A stretch of 6,552 nt of DNA, from IMG/VR virus record IMGVR_UViG_2778261527_000003; one strand, given 5' to 3'. Every line of letters begins with the position of its first letter. Position 1 is the stretch's first letter. The notes under the pieces are model-generated. The model ran no database searches, was not told where the DNA came from, and saw only the letters and a program-made list of their open reading frames with translations. Below, piece after piece: positions 1-6,276 of the stretch. The translations under genes and the position numbers were made by a program. The DNA comes from a virus. Its lineage: Duplodnaviria; Heunggongvirae; Uroviricota; Caudoviricetes.

Positions 1-564
1 TACCCGATACTTTTTCCATGCTTCCAGCAACGAGATTTCTTCCTCCGTTGCAATTTCCAGATCTGCAGCATCCTGAAGCGGCGCAATATGCTCACTGGCT
101 ACCTGCATCAGGTTGTTTTTTGTTTCTTCCGCCTCCCGGATCCGGAACAGTTTTTCTGCTTCCGTATCCTTCACCCAGGCTGTGCCGTTCCACTTCTGAA
201 ACTCCCCTTCCGGCGATAACCAGGTAACATTTTTCGGTAACGGACCGAGTTCAGAAATAAATAACGCGTCGCCGGAAGCCACGTCATAAACCGTTTTACC
301 CCGATGATCTTCAACGAGATGCCACGATGCCTCATCACTGTTGAAAACAGCCACAAAGCCAGCAGGAATATCTGGTGGTGCAATATCGGTACTGTTTGCT
401 GGCAGACCTGTATGAGGCGGAATATATGCGTCACCTTCACCAATAAATTCATTAGTTCCGGCCAGCAGATTATAAATTTTTATGGTCCGTGGTTGTTCAC
501 TCATTCTGAATGCCATTATACTCGCACCGAAAATGTCAGCCAGCTGCTTTTTGTTGACTTCCAT
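1..564 (-). CDS. tfa: In-frame fusion ORF: Nu1 codons 1-16 joined to a lambda Tfa-like tail fiber assembly protein; 3' end runs off the window start
   Basis: Own translation of the minus strand from ATG at 564..562 gives [16 protein letters not shown] (lambda Nu1 N-terminus as recalled) followed by [172 protein letters not shown], with no stop down to position 1. The second part matches lambda Tfa as recalled. Tfa's own ATG is at 516..514. Not in the ORF track because no stop lies inside the window. Confidence 0.8.
   Translation of the reverse strand, partial: MEVNKKQLADIFGASIMAFRMSEQPRTIKIYNLLAGTNEFIGEGDAYIPPHTGLPANSTDIAPPDIPAGFVAVFNSDEASWHLVEDHRGKTVYDVASGDALFISELGPLPKNVTWLSPEGEFQKWNGTAWVKDTEAEKLFRIREAEETKNNLMQVASEHIAPLQDAADLEIATEEEISLLEAWKKYRV
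517..564 (-). pseudogene. nu1: Remnant of terminase small subunit gene Nu1 (first 16 codons only), immediately downstream of cosB
   Basis: [16 protein letters not shown] encoded at 564..517 on the minus strand; the homology stops abruptly and continues as tfa. Position relative to cosB R1 is as in lambda. Confidence 0.75.
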
Positions 565-584
565 TGTTCATTCCACGGACAAAA

Positions 585-713
585 ACAGAGAAAGGAAACG
601 ACAGAGGCCAAAAAGCTCGCTTTCAGCACCTGTCGTTTCCTTTCTTTTCAGGGGGTATTTTAAATAAAAACATTAAGTTACGACGAAGAAGAACGGAAAC
701 ACCTTAAACCGGA
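585..713 (-). other. cosB terminase-binding region: R1 (585-606), R2 (629-647, inverted), IHF site I1 (about 651-690), R3 (691-713)
   Basis: Three copies of the CGTTTCC(T/G)TTCT motif: R1 and R3 in one orientation, R2 inverted, with an AT-rich IHF-like segment between R2 and R3. Order cosN-R3-I1-R2-R1-Nu1 start as in lambda (recalled). Confidence 0.75.
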
Positions 714-741
714 AAATTTTCATAAATAGCGAAAACCCGCG

Positions 742-753
742 AGGTCGCCGCCC
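742..753 (-). other. cosN cohesive-end sequence (12 nt, GGGCGGCGACCT on the minus strand)
   Basis: Plus strand aggtcgccgccc at 742-753 is the reverse complement of the lambda 12-nt cohesive end; flanked by CGCGGGTTTTCGCTATT on the Nu1 side and GTTACG on the other side, as at the lambda end junction (recalled). Confidence 0.8.
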
Positions 754-952
754 CGTAACCTGTCGGATCGCCGGAAAGGACCCGCAAAATGATAATAATT
801 ATCATCTACATGTCACAACGTGCATCTACGCCATCAAACCACGTCAAATAATCAATTATGACGCAGGTATCGTATTAATTGATCCGCATCAACTTAACGT
901 AAAAACAACTTCAGACAATACAAATCAGCGACACTGAATACGGGGCAACCTC

Positions 953-1147
953 ATGTCAACGAAGAACAGAACCCGCAGAACAACAACCCGCAACATCCGC
1001 TTTCCTAACCAAATGATTGAACAAATTAACATCGCTCTTGATCAAAAAGGGTCCGGGAATTTCTCAGCCTGGGTCATTGAAGCCTGCCGTCGGAGGCTAA
1101 CGTCAGAAAAGATAGCATATACATCAATTAAAAGTGATGAAGAATGA
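953..1147 (+). CDS. ylcI: Small YlcI/YnfO-family (DUF3950) prophage protein, 64 aa, possible ribbon-helix-helix fold
   Basis: ORF MSTKNRTRRTTTRNIRFPNQMIEQINIALDQKGSGNFSAWVIEACRRRL...; basic N-terminus followed by a short strand-like segment and two helices. Family assignment from recall, not searched. Weak SD (GGGG) upstream. Confidence 0.55.
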   Translation: MSTKNRTRRTTTRNIRFPNQMIEQINIALDQKGSGNFSAWVIEACRRRLTSEKIAYTSIKSDEE

Positions 1148-1311
1148 ACATCCCGCGTTCTTCCCTCCGAACAGGACGATATTGTAAATTCACTTAATTA
1201 CGAGGGCATTGCAGTAATTGAGTTGCAGTTTTACCACTTTCCTGACAGTGACAGACTGCGTGTTGGCTCTGTCACAGGTTAAGTAGTTTGAATGATTAGC
1301 AGTTATGGTGA

Positions 1312-1518
1312 TCAGTCAACCACCAGGGAATAATCCTTCATATTATTATCGTGCTTCACCAACGCTGCCTCAATTGCCCTGAATGCTTCCAGAGACACCT
1401 TATGTTCTATACATGCAATTACAACATCAGGGTAACTCATAGAAATGGTGCTATTAAGCATATTTTTTACACGAATCAGATCCACGGAGGGATCATCAGC
1501 AGATTGTTCTTTATTCAT
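1312..1518 (-). CDS. ybcW: YbcW-like small prophage protein, 68 aa (lambda right-end orf family)
   Basis: [71 protein letters not shown]; GGAG SD 7 nt upstream of the ATG; same position relative to cos as in lambda/DLP12 (recalled). Confidence 0.7.
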
Positions 1519-1803
1519 TTTGTCGCTCCATGCGCTTGCTCTTCATCTAGCGGTTAAAATATTACTTCAAATCTTTCTGTATGAAGATTTGAGCACGTTG
1601 GCCTTACATACATCTGTCGGTTGTATTTCCCTCCAGAATGCCAGCAGGACCGCACTTTGTTACACAACCAATACTATTAATTGAAAACATTCCTAATATT
1701 TGACATAAATCATCAACAAAACACAAAGAGGTCAGACCAGATTGAAACGATAAAAACGATAATGCAAACTACGCGCCCTCGTATCACATGGAAGGTTTTA
1801 CCA

Positions 1804-2214
1804 ATGGCTCAGGTTGCCATTTTTAAAGAAATATTCGATCAAGTGCGAAAAGATTTAAACTGTGAATTGTTTTATTCTGAACTAAAACGTCACAATGTCT
1901 CACATTATATTTACTATCTAGCCACAGATAATATTCACATTGTGTTAGAAAACGATAACACTGTGTTAATAAAAGGACTTAAAAAGGTTGTAAATGTTAA
2001 ATTCTCAAGAAATACGCATCTTATAGAAACGTCCTTTGATAGGTTGAAATCAAGAGAAATCACATTTCAGCAATACAGGGAAAATCTTGCTAAAGCAGGA
2101 GTTTTCCGATGGGTTACAAATATCCACGAACATAAAAGATATTACTATACCTTTGATAATTCATTACTATTTACTGAGAGCATTCAGAACACTACACAAA
2201 TCTTTCCACGCTAA
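1804..2214 (+). CDS. ybcV: YbcV-like DUF1398 protein (putative envelope protein), 136 aa from ATG 1804
   Basis: ORF ...[51 protein letters not shown]...; GGAAGG SD 8 nt upstream of ATG 1804. The track ORF begins at TTG 1681 and an alternative ATG at 1762 lacks an SD. Sits between bor and ybcW as in lambda/DLP12. Confidence 0.7.
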   Translation: MAQVAIFKEIFDQVRKDLNCELFYSELKRHNVSHYIYYLATDNIHIVLENDNTVLIKGLKKVVNVKFSRNTHLIETSFDRLKSREITFQQYRENLAKAGVFRWVTNIHEHKRYYYTFDNSLLFTESIQNTTQIFPR

Positions 2215-2504
2215 ATCATAACGTCCGGTTTCTTCCGTGTCAGCACCGGGGCGTTGGCATAATGCAATACGTGTACGCGCTAAACCCTGTGTGCATCGTT
2301 TTTAATTATTCCCGGACACTCCCGCAGAGAAGTTCCCCGTCAGGGCTGTGGACATAGTTAATCCGGGAATACAATGACGATTCATCGCACCTGACATACA
2401 TTAATAAATATTAACAATATGAAATTTCAACTCATTGTTTAGGGTTTGTTTAATTTTCTACACATACGATTCTGCGAACTTCAAAAAGCATCGGGAATAA
2501 CACC

Positions 2505-2798
2505 ATGAAAAAAATGCTACTCGCTACTGCGCTGGCCCTGCTTATTACAGGATGTGCTCAACAGACGTTTACTGTTCAAAACAAACAGACAGCAGTAGCA
2601 CCAAAGGAAACCATCACCCATCATTTCTTCGTTTCTGGAATTGGGCAGAAGAAAACTGTCGATGCAGCCAAAATTTGTGGCGGCGCAGAAAATGTTGTTA
2701 AAACAGAAACCCAGCAAACATTCGTAAATGGATTGCTCGGTTTTATTACTTTAGGCATTTATACTCCGCTGGAAGCGCGTGTGTATTGCTCAAAATAA
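2505..2798 (+). CDS. bor: Bor lipoprotein (serum-resistance lipoprotein of lambdoid phages), 97 aa
   Basis: MKKMLLATALALLITGC... signal peptide with lipobox ITGC; full-length match to lambda Bor as recalled; opposite strand to the lysis genes as in lambda. Confidence 0.9.
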   Translation: MKKMLLATALALLITGCAQQTFTVQNKQTAVAPKETITHHFFVSGIGQKKTVDAAKICGGAENVVKTETQQTFVNGLLGFITLGIYTPLEARVYCSK

Positions 2799-2804
2799 TT
2801 GCAT

Positions 2805-2830
2805 GAGTTGCCCATCGATATGGTCAGCTC
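2805..2830. terminator. Imperfect hairpin between convergent bor and Rz (candidate bidirectional terminator)
   Basis: GAGTTGCCCAT-CGAT-ATGGTCAGCTC: 11-nt arms with 2 mismatches; lies in the 31 bp between the bor stop (2798) and the Rz stop (2830-2832). Confidence 0.4.
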
Positions 2831-3291
2831 TATCTGCACTGCTCATTAATATACTTCTGGGTTCCTTCCAGTTGTTTTTGCATAGTGATCAGCCTCTCTC
2901 TGAGGGTGAAATAATCCCGTTCAGCGGTGTCTGCCAGTCGGGGGGAGGCTGCATTATCCACGCCGGAGGCCGTGGTGGCTTCACGCACTGACTGACAGAC
3001 TGCTTTGATGTGCAACCGACGACGACCAGCGGCAACATCATCACGCAGAGCATCATTTTCAGCTTTCGCATCAGCTAACTCCTTCGTGTATTTTGCATCG
3101 AGCGCAGCAACATCACGCTGACGCATCTGCATGTCAGTAATTGCCGCGTTCGCTAGCTTCAGTTCTCTGGCATTTTTGTCGCGCTGGGCTTTGTAGGCGA
3201 TTGCGTTATCACGGTAATGATTGACCGCCCATGACAGGCTGACGATGATGCAGATAATCAGAGCGGATATAATCGCGGTTACTCTGCTCAC
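2830..3291 (-). CDS. rz: Rz inner-membrane spanin (i-spanin), 153 aa, apparent GTG start overlapping the R stop
   Basis: Translation [60 protein letters not shown]...INEQCR, lambda Rz-like; N-terminal TM segment. The codon aligned to the lambda Rz ATG is GTG at 3291..3289 (GTGA overlap with R stop) with GGGGG 7 nt upstream. The track start at 3303 is also GTG and lacks an SD. Confidence 0.8.
2889..3071 (-). CDS. rz1: Rz1 outer-membrane lipoprotein spanin (o-spanin), 60 aa, embedded in Rz in the +1 frame
   Basis: [24 protein letters not shown]...proline-rich...; lipobox VVGC; AAGGAG SD 7 nt upstream; entirely inside the Rz ORF as in lambda. Confidence 0.85.
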   Translation of the reverse strand: MRKLKMMLCVMMLPLVVVGCTSKQSVSQCVKPPRPPAWIMQPPPDWQTPLNGIISPSERG

Positions 3292-3785
3292 TGTTGCCCC
3301 CACAAACAGACTTCACGCTCAATCTCACGACGAGTCATCAGGCCTTTCCATTGCTTACCGCCAGCGTATGTCCAGCGACGCAGCTGATCACATGCGCCTT
3401 TGATATCGCCCTGGTTTATTTTGCGAAGAAGCGTCGATGTTCTAAAATTGCCAGCACCCACATTGTAAACGAATGAGTAAAGAGCGCCGCGCGTTGTTTC
3501 CGGTATATCGACTTTGATATACGGGTTAATTTGTCTGGCGACAGTGGCAAGGTCTTTATTCAAGAGTGCTTTGCATTCTGCTTTGGTATACGTTTTACCG
3601 AGCATGATGTCTTTTCCGGTGTGTCCGTGACATACAGTCCATACACCAACAATATCTTTGTATGGTATGTAGCTGACACCTTCCAGACCATCGTTACCAC
3701 TTGGGCCAGTGATTAACACTGATGCTATAGCAATTGCTCCGCCACCAATAGCAGCAGCAACGGCTTTTCGTAATGATGGAGGCAT
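3288..3785 (-). CDS. rrrD: SAR endolysin (T4-lysozyme-family muramidase with N-terminal signal-anchor-release domain), 165 aa, phage 21 R / RrrD type
   Basis: [56 protein letters not shown]...: Gly/Ala-rich weak TM (SAR) followed by an E-x8-D-x5-T catalytic motif; GAGGTG SD; start overlaps the holin stop (TAATG). Confidence 0.85.
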
Positions 3786-4000
3786 TATTCACCTCTCGCA
3801 GCCTTGCGCTTATCTTCTTTAATCTTGAAATAAAGGTTTGTCAGGTACGTCAGCAGGCCAAATACCAGGCTACCCAGCACACCTATTGCTGCCCACTGTG
3901 AGGGAGTGACTTTATCGAGCAGCTGTAAAAACCAGTAACCGGCACTACCTGCTGAGGTGCCATAGGCGACTCCAGTTGTTAACTTATCCATGAATTTCAT
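3785..4000 (-). CDS. essD: Class II pinholin with dual-start motif (phage 21 S / EssD type), 71 aa
   Basis: [71 protein letters not shown]: two TM segments, charged C-terminus, Met1-Lys-Phe-Met4 dual start; AGGTGG SD upstream of ATG 4000. The track ORF extends to an upstream start at 4045, not preferred. Confidence 0.85.
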
Positions 4001-4494
4001 AACCCCACCTCGCAGACAAAGCGGGTGTAAATTGAGGGAATACAACGTATCGCAAAAAAGCAGAAACGTAACTGACTCCGAGTCAGTGAATAACTCAGGT
4101 ATTGAGTTATCAGCTAATATCGAGACTCAAAAAATGGAAAAACCAGCTCGACGGCGGGTTTAAGCTGTGTGACGAAGTAACCACTCTTAACAGCATAACC
4201 AATTTTTTACGTACGTAAACCACTGAATGATATTTATGAGAATGCTACCGAGTGTTCAAAACATCACCACAAATACATAAGAAAACCTCAACAAATAACC
4301 AATAAATAATTTCCAGTGTTATTTTTAGCCGGTTTAAATTAAACAGACGAATTATAGAACCACCATAAATAACAGCCATTAATATAAATTAGCTAATAGA
4401 TTTATTTTTGTTCAAATAAGAGCCATAAATAGGTTTCGATAGAAAAAGTTCAGATAAAAATAGAGATCTACTTCACAAATTAAATGAGAAACTA

Positions 4495-4588
4495 AAACTT
4501 ACATCTTGAAATAATCACATTGATTAGATGAATATTTATCGCGCAGTGACATCATTTTTTAATAATAGTTCAAAAAAAAGGGCTCACG
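4495..4588 (+). promoter_or_regulatory. Porin promoter region with an OmpR-box-like element (about 4499-4518) and SD AAGGG at 4578-4582
   Basis: TTACATCTTGAAATAATCAC resembles ompC/ompF OmpR-binding half-sites (TTTACATTTTGAAACATCTA type, recalled). No unambiguous -35/-10 pair identified by eye. Confidence 0.35.
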
Positions 4589-5686
4589 ATGAAAAAATTA
4601 ACAGTGGCAATTTCTGCTGTAGCTGCATCAGTACTGATGGCGATGTCTGCTCAGGCAGCTGAAATTTATAATAAAGACAGTAACAAGCTGGATCTGTACG
4701 GGAAAGTTAATGCCAAGCACTACTTTTCCTCTAACGATGCAGATGATGGTGATACTACTTATGTTCGTCTTGGCTTCAAAGGCGAAACCCAAATCAACGA
4801 TCAGCTGACTGGTTTCGGTCAGTGGGAATATGAATTCAAAGGCAACCGCGCTGAATCTCAAGGTTCCTCCAAAGACAAAACCCGTCTTGCATTTGCAGGC
4901 CTGAAATTCGGTGACTACGGCTCAATCGATTACGGCCGTAACTACGGTGTAGCATACGACATCGGTGCGTGGACTGACGTTCTGCCAGAATTCGGTGGCG
5001 ATACCTGGACCCAAACAGATGTGTTCATGACTGGTCGCACCACTGGTGTTGCAACCTATCGTAACAACGACTTCTTTGGTCTGGTTGATGGTCTGAACTT
5101 TGCTGCTCAGTACCAAGGCAAAAACGATCGTAGCGATTTCGATAACTACACCGAAGGTAACGGTGATGGCTTCGGTTTCTCTGCTACCTATGAATACGAA
5201 GGATTCGGTATCGGTGCAACTTATGCGAAATCTGATCGTACCGACACTCAAGTTAATGCAGGGAAAGTTCTTCCTGAAGTATTTGCTTCCGGTAAAAATG
5301 CAGAAGTTTGGGCCGCAGGTCTGAAATATGACGCTAACAACATTTACCTGGCCACTACCTATTCTGAAACCCAGAATATGACTGTATTTGCTGATCACTT
5401 CGTTGCTAATAAAGCTCAAAACTTCGAAGCTGTTGCACAATATCAGTTCGATTTCGGTCTGCGTCCGTCCGTTGCTTACCTGCAATCTAAAGGTAAGGAT
5501 CTTGGAGTATGGGGCGATCAGGACTTAGTCAAATATGTTGATGTAGGTGCAACCTATTACTTCAACAAAAATATGTCTACTTTCGTTGATTACAAAATCA
5601 ACCTGCTTGACAAAAATGACTTCACTAAAGCACTCGGTGTAAGCACTGATGACATCGTTGCTGTAGGTCTGGTTTACCAGTTCTAA
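4589..5686 (+). CDS. nmpC: General diffusion porin of the OmpC/OmpF/PhoE family, prophage-encoded NmpC/Lc type, 365 aa precursor, intact
   Basis: Signal peptide [25 protein letters not shown]; porin-like beta-strand pattern rich in Gly/Tyr/Asp/Asn; C-terminal ...VGLVYQF with terminal Phe; located between Q and the lysis cassette on the opposite strand, as for nmpC in DLP12 and lc in PA-2 (recalled). Confidence 0.85.
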   Translation: MKKLTVAISAVAASVLMAMSAQAAEIYNKDSNKLDLYGKVNAKHYFSSNDADDGDTTYVRLGFKGETQINDQLTGFGQWEYEFKGNRAESQGSSKDKTRLAFAGLKFGDYGSIDYGRNYGVAYDIGAWTDVLPEFGGDTWTQTDVFMTGRTTGVATYRNNDFFGLVDGLNFAAQYQGKNDRSDFDNYTEGNGDGFGFSATYEYEGFGIGATYAKSDRTDTQVNAGKVLPEVFASGKNAEVWAAGLKYDANNIYLATTYSETQNMTVFADHFVANKAQNFEAVAQYQFDFGLRPSVAYLQSKGKDLGVWGDQDLVKYVDVGATYYFNKNMSTFVDYKINLLDKNDFTKALGVSTDDIVAVGLVYQF

Positions 5687-5696
5687 TCTGATTACG

Positions 5697-5736
5697 AAAA
5701 AGATATGTTGCGGGAGGCGTTGCCTCCCCAACATAT
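5697..5736 (-). terminator. Intrinsic terminator for minus-strand transcription, candidate tR' of the late operon
   Basis: On the minus strand: ATATGTTGGGGAGGC-AAC-GCCTCCCGCAACATAT (about 15-bp stem with one bulge) followed directly by CTTTTT (plus-strand AAAAA at 5697-5701). No U-tract on the plus-strand side. Confidence 0.6.
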
Positions 5737-5759
5737 AAGTGGCTCCCTCAAGCCACTTC

Positions 5760-5875
5760 CTTTAGGAGCACAACCTTGCTTCTAACTATATAAACCTTCT
5801 GTTATATATTACCCTTTATTTTTGGGGGCGTTGCAACGCCCCATTTTTAATAACTTTCAGTAAACAATTGGCATA
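5760..5875 (-). promoter_or_regulatory. Expected location of the Q-dependent late promoter (PR'-like) and Q-utilisation site
   Basis: Positional inference: immediately downstream of Q and upstream of the tR'-like terminator. Best sigma70-like candidate is TTGCAA (5831-5836) -N19- TAATAT (5806-5811) on the minus strand; spacing is non-canonical. Confidence 0.3.
5824..5850 (+). terminator. Rho-independent terminator for the porin / IpeX transcript
   Basis: GGGGCGTTGCAACGCCCC palindrome followed by ATTTTTAATAA on the plus strand; the minus-strand side is followed by CAAAAATAAAGGG, so it is unidirectional. Confidence 0.7.
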
Positions 5876-6259
5876 TTAATTAGAGTTATTAACAACGATA
5901 TCCATCTCTAACCGGATATCTAATGCCATTAACATCCCTTCAATTATGCCCTCAGCCTTCTGTAACCTTTTCCCGATATAACCATCAGAGCAGCAATGCT
6001 TACCTGCCAGTGACATGAATGTCATACCGACTACATAATAATCTACTAATAAATCGTGCAAATCGCTGTTGTTCTTTTTCAGACGGGCCATGCACCCGCA
6101 AATGATCATCGCGTCATCGTCACAACATTGCGGGCGAGATTTTACTTTTGAAGGAATTAATCCCTTAAAACCGGCGGCAATGGACGACCAGGTCACATCT
6201 TCATGATTATTAGCCGCCCACGCTCCCCAACGTTCAAGAACCATCTGAATATCACGCAT
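5876..6259 (-). CDS. quuD: Late-gene antitermination protein Q (QuuD-like), 127 aa from ATG 6259
   Basis: [60 protein letters not shown]...KHCCSD...; Cys-rich; GGAG SD 9 nt upstream of ATG 6259. The track start at 6274 is TTG. Matches DLP12 QuuD as recalled. Confidence 0.8.
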   Translation of the reverse strand: MRDIQMVLERWGAWAANNHEDVTWSSIAAGFKGLIPSKVKSRPQCCDDDAMIICGCMARLKKNNSDLHDLLVDYYVVGMTFMSLAGKHCCSDGYIGKRLQKAEGIIEGMLMALDIRLEMDIVVNNSN

Positions 6260-6276
6260 TAACTTTCTCCACAAAA

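Larger units (their letters stand above)
5687..5850 (+). ncRNA. ipeX: Structured porin 3'UTR, candidate IpeX-like regulatory RNA
   Basis: Two tandem hairpins (5703-5736, 5737-5758) and a terminal intrinsic terminator (5824-5850) between the porin stop and Q. IpeX was described as lying in the nmpC/lc 3'UTR; recalled, exact boundaries uncertain. Confidence 0.4.

Noticed and set aside
18-663. Track ORFs 18..227 (+), 171..452 (-), 304..663 (+) and 482..667 (+)
   Set aside because: All overlap the Nu1::tfa reading frame (minus strand, 1-564) or the cosB R-sites; they have no SD sequences or recognisable protein features and are best explained as chance frames.
1351-1684. Track ORFs 1351..1557 (+) and 1445..1684 (+)
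   Set aside because: Antisense to the ybcW-like gene and its promoter region; low-complexity translations; the ybcW-like frame has a good SD and conserved product.
1681-1803. N-terminal extension of the ybcV-like ORF from TTG 1681 or ATG 1762
   Set aside because: No SD precedes either codon, whereas ATG 1804 has GGAAGG at ideal spacing; the shorter 136-aa product is preferred. The extension cannot be fully excluded without homologue alignment.
2517-2991. Track ORFs 2517..2717 (-) and 2779..2991 (+)
   Set aside because: Lie antisense within bor and Rz/Rz1 respectively; no translation signals; the sense-strand genes are full-length matches to known families.
3221-3716. Track ORFs 3221..3403 (+), 3294..3476 (+) and 3531..3716 (+)
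   Set aside because: Antisense to the SAR endolysin and Rz genes; no SD; interpreted as chance ORFs.
3785-4045. Extended holin start at 4045 (86 aa, [15 protein letters not shown]...)
   Set aside because: No SD upstream of 4045, whereas ATG 4000 has AGGTGG and yields the 71-aa dual-start pinholin typical of the family.
4046-4588. Possible IS element or small protein gene in the long AT-rich region upstream of the porin
   Set aside because: No terminal inverted repeats, target duplications or transposase-like ORF; only ORFs of 9-17 codons without SD. Interpreted as promoter/regulatory DNA.
4628-5734. Minus-strand ORFs inside the porin gene (4628..4861, 4922..5485 of 187 aa, 5525..5734) and plus-strand ORF 5100..5324
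   Set aside because: Antisense or out-of-frame within a strongly supported porin CDS; translations are low-complexity with no SD. The 187-aa frame is on the late transcript but looks like a typical antisense shadow ORF.
5687-5875. tRNA genes between Q and the lysis genes
   Set aside because: Many lambdoid prophages carry tRNA genes here, but the hairpins are simple terminator-like stem-loops with no cloverleaf; no tRNA is called.
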